From contig LNEO01000143.1 of the NCBI GenBank assembly GCA_001465015.1, positions 62,864 through 126,863 on the forward strand: a stretch of 64,000 nt of DNA, given 5' to 3'. Under the pieces are notes generated by a model. The model saw nothing but the letters and a program-made list of their open reading frames with translations. It made no database searches and was not told where the DNA came from. The translations under genes and the position numbers were made by a program. This DNA is from Deltaproteobacteria bacterium Ga0077539. Its GTDB lineage: Bacteria; Myxococcota_A; Polyangia; Polyangiales; Ga0077539. Positions 26,064 to 37,541 of this stretch are shown piece after piece. Each line of letters starts with the position of its first letter. Within the stretch, counting starts at the first letter, position 1.

Positions 26064-28895
26064 TCGTCGCGCCCGGGCAGCGCTCGACCCGAAGGGACCT
26101 CGACGCTCTCGCGAGCGAAACGCGCGTCGCGCGCAGGGTCGCGGTGAGCTCGACGTCCGCGCCCCCGATCCGCGCGACGCACGGCTCTGTGGATCGAGCC
26201 TCGAGCCACAGCATCGCCGCGCCCCGCGGCGTCGCGCGGTCGAGCGTCACCGTTGCTCGACGCCCCTCGACCACCGTCGTCTCGAGCGAGTGAGCTACGG
26301 TCGCCCGCTCGGGGCCGAGCGCGCGCAGGATCGCGAAAGGATCGGTCAACAGCGGCTCGCGCGCGAGCGCGTCGCGAAAGAGCTCTCCCGCGTCGCGAGC
26401 GCGAGAAGCGACGCGTTGCGCGTCAGCGCGTACGGGGTCGTCCTCGTGAGCGTCTCGAGCGGCACGACCGCTCGCGGGTCTCCGAGCTCGCGTAGCGCCG
26501 CGGCTCCGACCGGCGCGAGCCGCGGGTCTTCGAGCAGATCGACCCACGTCGAAAACGATCGCGGATCGCGGAGCGATCGCAGCGCTTCGATCGCAGCGTC
26601 ACGGTCGGAGTCGGTCGCGGATCGATCGATCGCCCACGCAGCGAGCACCGAGGCTCCGTCGCGTTCACCGACGATCGCGAGGCCGAGCGCGGCGGACCGG
26701 CTGAGCGCCAGGTGTGGCGAGGGCAGAGCGTCACGCGCAGCTCCGATGCCGCGGCGATCTCCGAGTCTGGTGAGGGCGACGCCTGCTTCGAGCGAGAGGT
26801 CGCGAGCGTTTCTCGTGGTTGCGCGCGCGAGGGCGCTGCGGATCGACTCGTCGCGCACTCCGAGCGCGGCGAGCGCGCGCACCGCGAGGATCGCCTTTCG
26901 GGCGTCCAGTCGTTCGATCGCCGCCGCCGCGCTGGCGGCCGCCGCGCGGTCTCCCTGAATCGCGCGCTCGACGGACGGCGGCAGGTCGTCTGCGACGTGG
27001 GTGAGGCTCGTGCCTTCGCGCTCGAACGCTGCGTGCGATGCGTCCCAGCCGGCGATCAAGGGTCGCAGCCGCTGGAGCAAGTCGCCTCGCGCGTCGGCGA
27101 GGTTGTTGCGTTCGCGAGGATCTGCGGCGAGGTCGAAGAGCTCGCACGTCTGCTCGGCGACGTCGCAGAGGAGCTTGTTTCGCCCGTCGAACACCATGCG
27201 CTCGGAGGCGACGCTCGCGAACACATAGCGCGCAGGCGGTCCTCCGTTCGCGAGGGGTCCAAAATCGCGACCGCGAAGCCGCGGAGGACGCGCTCGTCCG
27301 ACGCCAGCGAGCAGCGTGGGCAAAAGATCGACGTGCGAGATCGGGCCTTGGACTCGGCGCGGCGTGAGTCCCGGCACAGAGAACACGAACGGGACGCGAA
27401 TCTGCTCGTCGTACACCGTGGTGCCGTGAAAGCGCCCGCCGTGCTCTCCGAACTCTTCGCCGTGGTCCGCGGTGAGAAAGAACGCCGCGCGCCGACCGCT
27501 GCGCGCGAAGCCCTCGACGAGTAAGCGAACCGCGTCGTCGACGGCGGCGACCTCCGCGTCGTATCGGCTCTGTGCAGAGGCCCCGCCGACGACGCGAGAG
27601 CCTGGGTGTGTTTCGTACGACTCGTGTGGCTCGAACAGATGCACCCACAAGAACGTGCGCTTCTCGCGTGGCTGCGAGTCGACCCACGCCAGCGCGTCTC
27701 GAACGCGGGGCTCGGCGGCCTGATAGCTCTCGACGCGGTGCTCGAAGCCGAACCCGCGCGCGCGAAGGTCGCCGATTCGATCGGCGTCCACTGCGAACAC
27801 CGCGGTCGGAAAGAACGCCGCCGTCGCGTATCCGGCCGCGCGAAGCTCTGCGGCGATCGTCGTGTGCGGCGTCGCGGGGCGCCCCAGCGCGCTGACGCCG
27901 CGAAAGTACTTTCCCGTCATGAGCGACGCGAGCGAGTACGACGTGTGCGGCGTCGTGCAGTACGCGCGCTCGACGACGATTCCTTGCCTTGCCATGGCGT
28001 CGATCGCTGGCGTCAATCCGCCGCGATGTCCGTAGGTCCCGAGGCGATCCCAGCGGAGCGCGTCGACCGTGACGAGGACGATGTCGACTCCTTCGAGGTC
28101 GAGGCTCGGGCCGCGCGCGACGCGATCGTCGTCGACCACGACTCGGACGGGCTGTCGCGGCAACAGCCGTGAAGCAGCGCGAACGACGTACGACGAAAAC
28201 GGGGCGTGTTGCCGCGCCCTCGCCCTCGCCCGTTGTGATCCGAGGAGCGCCGCCGTAGATCCGAGCGAGACGATCATCGCCGCGACGAGCGCGACGACCG
28301 TTTGGCGTGCGACGAGTGCGCGAGCCTGAAGCGCGATCGCGCTGACCAACGCCGCTGTGGCGGTCAGCGCGGCGATCGCGTGCAGGGCGGGATACAACCG
28401 AACGAGCAACGCTGCGTGGGCATACCCGAGCCCCGCCGCGGCCAGCGCGAGCGCGAGCGCGAAGACTCCACGATGCCGCGCGACTCGCTCTCGAAGCCAA
28501 GGAGCCGCAGATGCGATGAGCGCTGCCGCGACGGCGCCTCCCGTGATCGTGGCCGCGATGAGCGCGGGCCGAAGCGGCGAGCTCTTCATCGCGGATCCCG
28601 AGAAGGCCGCGAGCCCGAGCGCTCCGCCGGCGCCCGCCCCGACGACGAGCCCCAGAACGACGCGCGCGAGTCGCTGCAACGAGAGCGCCCACTGCCCGAG
28701 CCGCGCGACGATCGCGCTCGCGGGCACCATGACCACCACGAGCGCGCCGATCGCAGCGACGACGAAGAGCGCTGACTCGACGGCCGGAGCTGGGCTTCGT
28801 CCAAGGGCGAAGCTCGCGTCGACGAGCCCGAGCAACGCCGCTGCCCCGAGCGCTGCTCGAGCTGCGTGGAGAGGAGAAAGGGGGCGGTCTGTCAC
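26011..28895 (-). CDS. Membrane-anchored sulfatase/alkaline-phosphatase-superfamily enzyme with HEAT-like C-terminus; probable frameshift near 26395
   Basis: Several TM helices, LVTVDALR, PHTSYSLASLMTG, HLFEPH, TADHGE, HG; main ORF stops at 26346 but a GC3-rich frame continues to 26011; GTG start overlaps the recG stop. Confidence 0.75.
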
Positions 28896-30982
28896 CCAGC
28901 GTCCTCTGCGGTGGGATGTTGCCCTCGGGCGAGCAGGCGCTTTGCGGCCCGATCGAGCGCTGGGTGCGCCGCGAGCGTCGGGTCGCGCTCGAGCAGCTCG
29001 CGCGCGGCCTCGACGGCGCGAAGAACGAGCGCGCGATCGCGAAGCGGGTCGGCGAAGCAGAAGCTGCGATCGCGTCCTGATTGTTCCTCGCCGAACCACT
29101 CGCCCGCGCCGCGCCGTTCGAGGTCGCGTTCAGCGAGCGCAAAGCCATCGGAGCAGGCGGCGACCTCGTCGAGTCGCTCGCGCGCGGCGGGCTCGGATGA
29201 CTCGGGGACCATCACGCACCCTGCCCGCTGGCCTCCGCGGCCGACGCGCCCCCTGAGCTGATGGAGTTGCGCGATGCCAAAGTGTTCGGCGCCGAGGATC
29301 ACGATCAGGTTCGCGTCGGGGACGTCGAGACCGACCTCGATCACGGACGTTCCCAGCAGGATCGGATGGGAGCCCGATCGAAAGGCGTGAAGCGCCTCGC
29401 GCTGAGCGTCCGCGCCGAGCTGACCGTGCAGGACGACGATGCGATCGCGTGGAAAATGCTTGGACAACATCGCGTCCGCCTCCGCGATGGTCACCGCGCT
29501 CGCGTCGTCGGCCTCGATCCTCGGCACGACGACGAACACACGCCCGCGCCCTTCGTTCGCCTCGAGGGCGCGGCGGATGGTGTTCGCGATGAACGCGTGG
29601 TCGCCCGGCTCGATTACGCGCGAGGTGATGGGCTGCCTCGAAGACGGTCCCTTCTGCATCGTGACGACGTCGAGGTCGCCGTACTGCGCGAGCGCGAGCG
29701 TCCTGGGAATCGGCGTCGCCGACACAACCAGCATGTGCGCTGAGCGATCCTTCACCATCGCCATTCGTTGCGCGACGCCGAATCGATGTTGCTCGTCGAT
29801 CACAGCGAGGCCGAGGTCCGGCGGGAGCGAGTCTTCTTCGAGCAGCGCGTGCGTCCCTACTACGAGCCGAATTTGCCCGCGCGCGATGGCTTTGCGAGCC
29901 GCGGTTCGCGCGCGTTTGGGAGTCGATCCGAGGAGCACTGCGATCGGCGCACCCTCGCCGCCGAGCGCCCGCGCGAGGGTGTTGGCGTGTTGTTCTGCCA
30001 CGATCGATGTTGGAACGAGCCAGGCGACCGATCGCCCTGCGCGAAGCGTCGCGAGCGAGGCGGCAGCAGCGACGAGGGTCTTGCCCGAGCCGACGTCGCC
30101 GACGAGCAAACGACGCATGGGCTGGTCGATCGTCATCGAGCGCAGGATCGCGTCGATCGCCTCGGCTTGCGACGGAGTGAGCTCGAACCCGAGGCGCTTT
30201 GCGATGTGCGGTCCGACGCTGAGGTCGAACGGGATCGGGTGCGCGTGGCCCGCGTGTTTGCGCGCGCGCTCGAGCGCGACCGACGCCGCGAGAAGCTCTT
30301 CGAACGCGAGTCGCTGGTGCGCCCAGGACGTTCCTCGCTGGAGGGCGATGAGCTGATCGACTGCGATGTTCGACGGAGGCCGATGAATCGTTCGCAGCGA
30401 GTCTTGCGACGAGCGGAGCTTCATCGCGCGCGCGAGCTCGACGGGTACAGGGTCCGCCCACTCGTCGACGCGCTCGAGCGCCGACTGTACGATCCTCGCG
30501 ATCGTCGCGGGCGCGAGCGTCGATACGCCGCCATACACCGCCTCGATCGGCGCGAATTTCGCGTCTGGCGCGAGCACGCGAGGCTGGTGCAGCTCGAGCT
30601 CGCCGCGGCCTTCTCTGAGCGAGCCGATCACGCGAATCCTGGCGCCGAGCGGAGTGCGCGCGGCCATCCCAGGCGGCGCATGGAAGAACACCACGCGCAA
30701 AACGCCTCTTCCGTCGGGCTGTCGGAGCAGCAGCGAGACGCCTCCGCCGCGCAGCGGGCCGATTCGCCGCGTGTCTACGACGGTGCCCAGAAGCGCGACG
30801 GTGGCCCCGGTGACTCGCTCGTTGACCAGCTGCCAGTCGTCGGCCGCGCGAAGATCCAGATATCTCCGCGGCGCCCGCGCAAGGAGGTCACCTGCGGTGT
30901 GAACCGATCGTCCGCGGAGGATCGCAGCGGCTTGCAGCCCCACGTGCTTCACCTCGGCGACGGGCAGGTCCTGCAGGTCCAT
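28892..30982 (-). CDS. recG: ATP-dependent DNA helicase RecG
   Basis: RLAFEEL, GDVGSGKT, GTHAL, DEQHRFGVAQR, SATPIPRT, QLHQLRGRVGRG, DGFALAERDL. Confidence 0.95.
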   Translation of the reverse strand: MDLQDLPVAEVKHVGLQAAAILRGRSVHTAGDLLARAPRRYLDLRAADDWQLVNERVTGATVALLGTVVDTRRIGPLRGGGVSLLLRQPDGRGVLRVVFFHAPPGMAARTPLGARIRVIGSLREGRGELELHQPRVLAPDAKFAPIEAVYGGVSTLAPATIARIVQSALERVDEWADPVPVELARAMKLRSSQDSLRTIHRPPSNIAVDQLIALQRGTSWAHQRLAFEELLAASVALERARKHAGHAHPIPFDLSVGPHIAKRLGFELTPSQAEAIDAILRSMTIDQPMRRLLVGDVGSGKTLVAAAASLATLRAGRSVAWLVPTSIVAEQHANTLARALGGEGAPIAVLLGSTPKRARTAARKAIARGQIRLVVGTHALLEEDSLPPDLGLAVIDEQHRFGVAQRMAMVKDRSAHMLVVSATPIPRTLALAQYGDLDVVTMQKGPSSRQPITSRVIEPGDHAFIANTIRRALEANEGRGRVFVVVPRIEADDASAVTIAEADAMLSKHFPRDRIVVLHGQLGADAQREALHAFRSGSHPILLGTSVIEVGLDVPDANLIVILGAEHFGIAQLHQLRGRVGRGGQRAGCVMVPESSEPAARERLDEVAACSDGFALAERDLERRGAGEWFGEEQSGRDRSFCFADPLRDRALVLRAVEAARELLERDPTLAAHPALDRAAKRLLARGQHPTAEDAG

Positions 30983-31026
30983 GGGTGCGCTCCGAGCGCC
31001 TCGCGCCCTGTTGGCGTCGCTGCTTC

Positions 31027-31515
31027 TCAGTCGTTGAACGCCAAGGCGAGCACCTCGTACACGCGGGTGCCGTTCGGCGTAACGAGCTTGATCTCGTCGC
31101 CGACCTCCTTGCCGATCATCGCTTTGCCGATCGGCGAGGAAACAGATACGCGGCCGTGGTCGATGTCTGCTTCCATGGGACCGACGAGCTGATACTTCAC
31201 CTCGTCGCCGGTGTTGGTGTTCGACAGCGTCACGTAGGCGCCGAACGCGATCTTGTCGCCGGCCACGCGAGACGCCGGGATCACTTCGCCCCGCGCGAGC
31301 GCGTCCTCGATGAGGGCGATGCGTCCCTCGATGAAGCCCTGCTTCTCTTTCGCCGCGTGATACTCGGCGTTTTCGCGCAGGTCGCCGTGCTCGCGGGCGG
31401 TGGCGATCTCCTTGATGACCTTGGGCCGCTCGACGGACTTGAGCTGTTCGAGCTCTTCTTTGAGCCGCTTGTGGCCCGCGGGCGTCATTGGAACACTCGA
31501 CGGAAGATTCGCCAT
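31027..31515 (-). CDS. greA: Transcription elongation factor GreA
   Basis: [37 protein letters not shown]. Confidence 0.97.
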   Translation of the reverse strand: MANLPSSVPMTPAGHKRLKEELEQLKSVERPKVIKEIATAREHGDLRENAEYHAAKEKQGFIEGRIALIEDALARGEVIPASRVAGDKIAFGAYVTLSNTNTGDEVKYQLVGPMEADIDHGRVSVSSPIGKAMIGKEVGDEIKLVTPNGTRVYEVLALAFND

Positions 31516-31570
31516 GGCAGAACGCGGTTCGTAGCAGGCTCCGCACGGCGCGCACAACGGCGAATCACTG

Positions 31571-32872
31571 TCATCTTGGGCAGCGCGCGCGGAGGACGCC
31601 CGGCTCACCGGCGGGACCCCAGGCCGCGACGGTCGGCTCGATCGCGGTACCACCGACTGGGAGCTGCCCGACCAGCGCTGGCTCGTCGCGCGACGGGCCG
31701 ATCAGCCTGCCATCGCGATCGACCGACCGCCGAACGGTCACGAGGTCTTCGCCGCGCCGTTCGGTCCAATACACGTCCGCCCGATCTCCCTCGGAGACGA
31801 TCGCGATTCGTCCAGCGGGAACAACGTCGAGGTCCGTCAGGTATTCTGGCGTTCTGAGCGGGCGGAGGTCTTCGCCGAGCGCGACGACCGCGACGCGACC
31901 GCCGTCGCCGAGGCCGAGGTGATCGGAGTCCGACGCGAGCCGCCAGGCGATCCACCGACCCGCGCCGGTCACATGCATCGCGACGCCGAATCGCGTCTTG
32001 GGCCGAGGGGTCAGGACGATCGGCTCGCCGCGGGGCGACCCGTCGGGGGCGAGAGAACGAACGACGATGTCTGCTGCGCTCTGGTTGGCGATTTCGACGT
32101 CGACCTCTTGGAGCGCGAGGTACGCGACGATCGCACCTCCGTCCGGCAGCGCCGCGAGAACCGGGTCCGAGGCGTCGTGTTCGGGAGCGCTCACCGTCAG
32201 GGTGGCTGGCTCGCGTCGCTCGTCGCCAGTCCAGCGCTGCACTCGGACTGCGCTGCGTCCCTCCCGGACGGCCTCGTCCCACGCGACCAGCGCCGCGCCC
32301 CGAACGGCGCAAGCGGCGATGTTGAGCGCGTCGTCGGCGACCCCTCGACGCGTCGCGAGCAAGCGCAGCGCAGATCCTTCGGTCACGTAGGCTCGCTGAA
32401 GGCGAGCTCCGTCGTCGGTGGCCACGGAAAACGCGAGTGTTCGCTCCGGAGAAAGCTCGATGGCGCGAAGCGCGCGAACAGACTCGAGCCCGACGGCGAT
32501 GCGCGTCGTGTTGTTTGCCGCGCGCGTGAGCCGAAGCGTCGAGGTCGAGCGGTCGACGAAGGCCGCGAACGCGCCGCGCGATCCCCATTCGAGCGACGGC
32601 GTTTCGAAGCGCTCGAGCGCAGCGTCACCGACATTGTCTGCGAGGGACGTGCGCGGCCCGACCGTGCAGGGATTCGCCGCGGGCCTCGTGTCCCCACCTG
32701 CGTCGTCGAAGCCTTCGAAGTCCGGCTCCTCCCCAGGGCGCGGCTGCATCGGAAGCGGAGTTCGAGTCGGGGTCGCCGAGCTGTTACATCGGCACGCGGA
32801 AAGGAGCGCCGCGAGCGCTGCCAGCGCGCTTCGGGCGACGAGACGATTCGGGTTGAAACAAGAGCGAAGCAT
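31571..32872 (-). CDS. Hypothetical lipoprotein, beta-rich (possible propeller)
   Basis: Lipobox LSAC; repeated xVAW / xIAW / xVYW strands. Confidence 0.65.
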   Translation of the reverse strand: MLRSCFNPNRLVARSALAALAALLSACRCNSSATPTRTPLPMQPRPGEEPDFEGFDDAGGDTRPAANPCTVGPRTSLADNVGDAALERFETPSLEWGSRGAFAAFVDRSTSTLRLTRAANNTTRIAVGLESVRALRAIELSPERTLAFSVATDDGARLQRAYVTEGSALRLLATRRGVADDALNIAACAVRGAALVAWDEAVREGRSAVRVQRWTGDERREPATLTVSAPEHDASDPVLAALPDGGAIVAYLALQEVDVEIANQSAADIVVRSLAPDGSPRGEPIVLTPRPKTRFGVAMHVTGAGRWIAWRLASDSDHLGLGDGGRVAVVALGEDLRPLRTPEYLTDLDVVPAGRIAIVSEGDRADVYWTERRGEDLVTVRRSVDRDGRLIGPSRDEPALVGQLPVGGTAIEPTVAAWGPAGEPGVLRARCPR

Positions 32873-32990
32873 CGTAGGGATGCGGGCGATCGGGGGCGGT
32901 GGGTGCTGGCGCGCCGAGCTGCTGGTGGAGCGCAGCCCTGTTGTGGCGCATCACGAGCGAAAAGACGAAGAACCGAGTACGATTCGCGCC

Positions 32991-35057
32991 ATGAAGTTTC
33001 GCTTCGTTGGACGAGCGGCGTTGGTGTTGGCGGTGTCGAGCGTCTCGATTGGTTGCTCGACGCCCCGTCCCCCGGCGGACGCAGGCGACTCATCGGTGCT
33101 GTCGGATATTTCGCAGCCCGACTCGATGCTCGACGACGTTCCCGTGGTTGATACGGGCGTGGACACAGGGGTCGACGTCGCTCCCGACGTGCTGACGCCC
33201 ACCGAGCCGGTGATCGCGCGCTTCGAGATTCCCGCGATGGGTCCAGCGCCGAACCAGTTTCTCCTTCCCTGGCCGTCCGACCTCGCGGTCGACAGCATGG
33301 GAAAGGTCGATCTTCGATACATCCCTGGCGTCATGGCGGGCGGGCTCGCGCGCACGTACGTCGAGCAGATGGCGGGCAAGCTCGACGGGTTTTCTCCGGC
33401 CGGCGCCACGTATTTTCGCTTCAGCGCGATCATCGATCCGCGCTCTCTCCCTGCGACGCCCGGCGCGTCGGTCCTGCCCGACGCGAGCGTGCAGATCGTC
33501 AACGTGGACCCGCGCAGCTCGGAGGTCGGGCGGTCGATCCCGGCCATCTTCCAGTTTCGGATCTTTGCGTCACGGTACTGGCCTGCCAACACGCTCGCCG
33601 TCGCGCCTGCGCCTGGCTTTCCGCTCCGTCCGCGAACCCGTTACGCGGTCATCGTGACCGATCGACTTCGCGGCGGCGACGGCACTCCTGTGCGTCGCGA
33701 CGCGGACTTTACGAGCGCGATCGGCGAGACGGTTCCTGCGAGGCTGATGCGGGTCGCTGACGTCTACAAGCCTGCGCTCATGGCGTTGCCCGAGGCGCTT
33801 CGCTCTCGCGTCGCGTCGATGGCGGTCTTCACGACGTCTGATCCCACTGAGCAGTTCTTTCGCGCCGTCGACGTGACGCTCGCGTCCGCGCGCGAGCCCG
33901 CGGTGCGCATGGTGATGCCCTCGGGATCCAACGAGTTCTACGCGATCTATCGCGGGACCTTCGGACCCAACCCGGTCTTTCAGTCTGGTCCAGCGCCCTA
34001 CGACGCCGAAGGCTCCGGGGACTTTGTCGCGGATGGCGCTGGAGCGCCGATCATTCAACGCTACGAAGAGAGCATCGCCTTCGCGCTCACGGTCCCTGCG
34101 GGACCGATGCCCACCAACGGTTGGCCCATCGCGATCTACGCCCATGGAACGGGCGGCGACTCCGACTCGTTTATCTCCGACGGAACAGCGCGCTCGCTCG
34201 CCGCGCAGGGCATCGCGTGCCTCGGCTTCGATCAGCTCTTCAACGGCGCGAGGACTGTCGCCGGCGGGTCGCCCGAGGGACAGTTCTTCAACTTCGCCAA
34301 TCCGCTCGCTGCGCGGTCGAACAATCGCCAGGCGGGCATCGACCTCGTTCAGGCCGGTCGACTCGTTCGAACGCTCACGCTCAGCGCGATGGTGTCTGGC
34401 GGCGCCGAGGTTCGTTTCGACGGCGCTAACGTGATGTTCTACGGCCATTCTCAGGGCGGATTGAACGGGCCGCTCTGGCTCGCCGCCGCGCAGGGGCCTG
34501 CCGCCGCGGTGCTCTCTGGCGCTGGTGGTTGGCTCTCGCTCTCGCTCGTGCTCAAGACGCAGCCCGTAAACATCCCCGGCATCGTCGCGGGGCTCCTCTC
34601 TGTTCCTCCGAGCGAGCTGACGCCGTTGCACCCGGCGATCACGCTGGCGCAGACGATCGCGGACCCGGCCGATCCCGCGCACTACGGTCGATACATCGTG
34701 AACGAGCCGCGCATGGGCGGCGCGCCGCGACACGTGTTTTTGACGCAGGGTTTCCTCGACCGATACACGCCTCCTCCGGCGATCGCCGCGCTCGCGACGT
34801 CCATTGGTCTGCCGCTCATCGAGCCGGTGACACACCCCGACGTCGCCGCTCCGCTCGCCGACTGGCCGCGGGTGCGCGCGCCCTTCTCACGCAACCTGGC
34901 GATGGGCGCAGCGACTGGCGGCTGGTCTCAGTACAACGCGCCTGGTCGCACCGACGGTCACTTCGTGATCTTCAATGTCCCAGAGGCGACGTTGCGCGCG
35001 GCGAGGTTTCTGTCGACGTACGTCGCCAACCGCGCGACCGGCCCGCGAGTCGAGTAG
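32991..35057 (+). CDS. Lipoprotein alpha/beta hydrolase (extracellular lipase/esterase-like, with N-terminal beta domain)
   Basis: Lipobox SIGC; PWPSD, DGFS, YAHGTGG, nucleophile elbow GHSQGG, candidate Asp (FLDRYT) and His (DGHF). Confidence 0.8.
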   Translation: MKFRFVGRAALVLAVSSVSIGCSTPRPPADAGDSSVLSDISQPDSMLDDVPVVDTGVDTGVDVAPDVLTPTEPVIARFEIPAMGPAPNQFLLPWPSDLAVDSMGKVDLRYIPGVMAGGLARTYVEQMAGKLDGFSPAGATYFRFSAIIDPRSLPATPGASVLPDASVQIVNVDPRSSEVGRSIPAIFQFRIFASRYWPANTLAVAPAPGFPLRPRTRYAVIVTDRLRGGDGTPVRRDADFTSAIGETVPARLMRVADVYKPALMALPEALRSRVASMAVFTTSDPTEQFFRAVDVTLASAREPAVRMVMPSGSNEFYAIYRGTFGPNPVFQSGPAPYDAEGSGDFVADGAGAPIIQRYEESIAFALTVPAGPMPTNGWPIAIYAHGTGGDSDSFISDGTARSLAAQGIACLGFDQLFNGARTVAGGSPEGQFFNFANPLAARSNNRQAGIDLVQAGRLVRTLTLSAMVSGGAEVRFDGANVMFYGHSQGGLNGPLWLAAAQGPAAAVLSGAGGWLSLSLVLKTQPVNIPGIVAGLLSVPPSELTPLHPAITLAQTIADPADPAHYGRYIVNEPRMGGAPRHVFLTQGFLDRYTPPPAIAALATSIGLPLIEPVTHPDVAAPLADWPRVRAPFSRNLAMGAATGGWSQYNAPGRTDGHFVIFNVPEATLRAARFLSTYVANRATGPRVE

Positions 35058-35169
35058 CGACCTGCCTCGCGCGGCGCCTCCATCAACGGGAAGCAGCGCG
35101 AGATCGATACAGCACATGTATTCAATGTGCGCGCGATCTACCGTGTCATGGACGGCTGTCCGAGCCGCG

Positions 35170-35802
35170 CTACGGCGCGAGCGGACGCTCTCGGTTGGGG
35201 CGCTGGCCGAGGTCGCACTCCCAGATCTGAACGTCTGCGTGCTCCCGCCGCGGGTCTTCAACTTGCTGGGCGAAGGGCACCGCGGCGCTCAGCCGCCATC
35301 CGCCCTCGGTCAACACGAGGCCCTCGATCCAGGCTCCCCACAGGCTGTCGCGCTCGGCGCCGACGACCAGCAGCCGATCGACGATCAGCGCGGACTCGCG
35401 CAAGCCGTCGGGGCCGTTGCGCTCAGCGATCCTGGCGCCCCTGGCGCAAAACCCAACGAGAGGCGTCGCGCCGAGCGAGCGAAAATGCACCCAGCGCGAC
35501 TCTCCGTCGGTGGACTCGGAGCCGACCTGCGCGTTTTGAATTCGTGTGATCGCAGACGCGGCGTAGAGCTGCGTGATCTCGTCGGGGCGAAGCCTCGCTG
35601 CGCGGTGCGCCTCCGCGCCGCGCGCGGCGAAGGCGGCTCGCAGCGACACCGTAGCGTCTCGCAGCTGCGCCAGCGCCCAGTCGGCGTCTGGGCGCTCACC
35701 AGCTCCGACGGGCGCGATTGGCCGAAGGCCGGGCGCGATCGAGGTGTTGGTGCAGCTCGTGAGGGCGAACGTGACGATCGCCGAGCGAAGCGCGCGGTTC
35801 AT
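35170..35802 (-). CDS. Hypothetical lipoprotein
   Basis: Lipobox LTSC; ATGA overlap with the upstream gene. Confidence 0.7.
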   Translation of the reverse strand: MNRALRSAIVTFALTSCTNTSIAPGLRPIAPVGAGERPDADWALAQLRDATVSLRAAFAARGAEAHRAARLRPDEITQLYAASAITRIQNAQVGSESTDGESRWVHFRSLGATPLVGFCARGARIAERNGPDGLRESALIVDRLLVVGAERDSLWGAWIEGLVLTEGGWRLSAAVPFAQQVEDPRREHADVQIWECDLGQRPNRERPLAP

Positions 35803-37541
35803 GGCGGGGTCCCTCCGGTCTCGGCGAGCCGTTCGGTGTCGACCCGTTCGAATCTTTGCCACACGGCGTCGCGCTCGGGTTCACGCTGATCGAGCTCGAC
35901 CTCGAATCGAACGCGGGTTGGAAGCACCACGCAGTGGGTCAGCCGCGACGAGCCGAAGCCCGATCCGCGCGCGAGCTCTGCGCCGGTCGGACCGCGAAGG
36001 GTCGTCGAGAGGGGCGCGAACGGTCTGCCCAGAGACGCGACCACACGCGTGCAGGTGCCGGCGGCGAGATCGAACTCACGGGCGCGAGCCGAAGCCGCGC
36101 CGACTCGAATTCGTTCGGGCGTTGCGATCGCCCTCCACGGTGCGCCGTGCGAGAGCTGCTGCGAGAAGACCTCCGAAACGAGCAGCCGCTCGAGTCCCTG
36201 AGTCCAAGAGGGCGTCGGCGTCGTGGCTGTGACGAGCGCGAGCTCTCCGCCGCCGACCTCGACGCGCTGCCTCGCGAGGACGCGCTCGCGGCTCGACGAA
36301 CACAAGACCGTCGCGGCGATTCCGTCCGCGTACGATCCGCGAGCGAGCAGTTCTCCGGCGTCGTCGAAGATCGAGAGCGCGTTGCGTCCGACGCCCCGAC
36401 CTGCCACCGATGCGACGAGCGTGCAGCGCGACGACTCGAGCTGAAGGGCGCTCTCGCGGGACTCGGACATGGAGAACGCGACCGGCGCGAGCGGGTTCGA
36501 CATGGTGAAACCCTGGCTCGAATACCGCGCGCGCGCAGCGGCCGTTCGCTGGTCGATCGGCGTCGGAGAAAGCGCGATGGACGTGCGCTCTCCGAGCCAC
36601 AACGTGTTGGATCCGCCAAAGGACGCTGCGTCCGCGGCGAACGCGAGCACGACCACGGTGCCTGCGGCTTGCCCTCGAACCTCGACGCGCATCGAGCCTT
36701 GCGCGCTCGGGCAGAGCTGCGCTGCGGCGTCGCGGTCGGGACGTGTGTCGGAGGCTTGGAGCTCTCCCTCCGCGTCGAACACGCGGAGATCGACGCTCGA
36801 TGCGTCGCTGTCCGAGATCGCCGCGAACGTGTAGCAGCGGTCGGGCGTCACCGCGACCGGAACGTTGACCGCGCCGCCAGGCACGACCGAGAGCCGCGTG
36901 GCGTCGTTGAGCGCGGCGAATCCCCGACGCGCAAGGCTCGCGCGCAGGTCGCTCGCTCGCCGCTCGGCGTCGCTCGCGCTGTTGCGCGTGGAGACCGCCG
37001 CGCCTGGGCGACCGCCCACGATGCGCGCGATCGCTTCCATCGCGCGACGGTCGCCCGTGAAGAGCGCGAGCGCGTAGGCGCCCTCGCCCTCGAACGCCTG
37101 CGCGACGTGAAACACACGTCGTGCCTCGTCCGCGCAGAGCTGGACGGTGGGGTGCGAGTCTGGCTCGAGGTCTTCGACGAGCAGCTCGCCCTCGGCGTCG
37201 TAGACGCGCGCGTCGAGGTCGCCGACGCCCGGAGACGCTACGGCCACGAGCGTGACGCAGGTCGCCGCTGGAACATCCACGCCGTGCGTGATGCTCTGCT
37301 TCTCTGTGAGAAATCCGTGCCCGAGATAGCGCACGAATCGCGCTCCCGAGGGCGCTGCGCTGCGGACGATGGCCTCGACGCGCTGAGCGAGGACCGCGGG
37401 TGGCGCCTCGGTGGACGACGGGACTCGGTCGGGCCGCGACTGGACGCGCGGCGTCGCGGTGCACGGCGGACAGCGGGTCGTCTGCGTGTGTTGCACGCAC
37501 GCGCTCAGCGCGACCGCGAGGGCCGCTCGAGACCGCATCAT
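35799..37541 (-). CDS. Lipoprotein with about 4 Cys-paired PPC-like beta-sandwich repeats
   Basis: Lipobox LSAC; repeats such as CVTLVAV..GVGDLDARVYDAEGELL..PTVQLC and CYTFAAI..VDLRVFDAEGEL..QLC. Confidence 0.75.
   Translation of the reverse strand: MMRSRAALAVALSACVQHTQTTRCPPCTATPRVQSRPDRVPSSTEAPPAVLAQRVEAIVRSAAPSGARFVRYLGHGFLTEKQSITHGVDVPAATCVTLVAVASPGVGDLDARVYDAEGELLVEDLEPDSHPTVQLCADEARRVFHVAQAFEGEGAYALALFTGDRRAMEAIARIVGGRPGAAVSTRNSASDAERRASDLRASLARRGFAALNDATRLSVVPGGAVNVPVAVTPDRCYTFAAISDSDASSVDLRVFDAEGELQASDTRPDRDAAAQLCPSAQGSMRVEVRGQAAGTVVVLAFAADAASFGGSNTLWLGERTSIALSPTPIDQRTAAARARYSSQGFTMSNPLAPVAFSMSESRESALQLESSRCTLVASVAGRGVGRNALSIFDDAGELLARGSYADGIAATVLCSSSRERVLARQRVEVGGGELALVTATTPTPSWTQGLERLLVSEVFSQQLSHGAPWRAIATPERIRVGAASARAREFDLAAGTCTRVVASLGRPFAPLSTTLRGPTGAELARGSGFGSSRLTHCVVLPTRVRFEVELDQREPERDAVWQRFERVDTERLAETGGTPP

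Noticed and set aside
35101..35139. Imperfect hairpin between convergent lipoprotein genes
   Set aside because: Weak stem with no U-tract; cannot be called a terminator.
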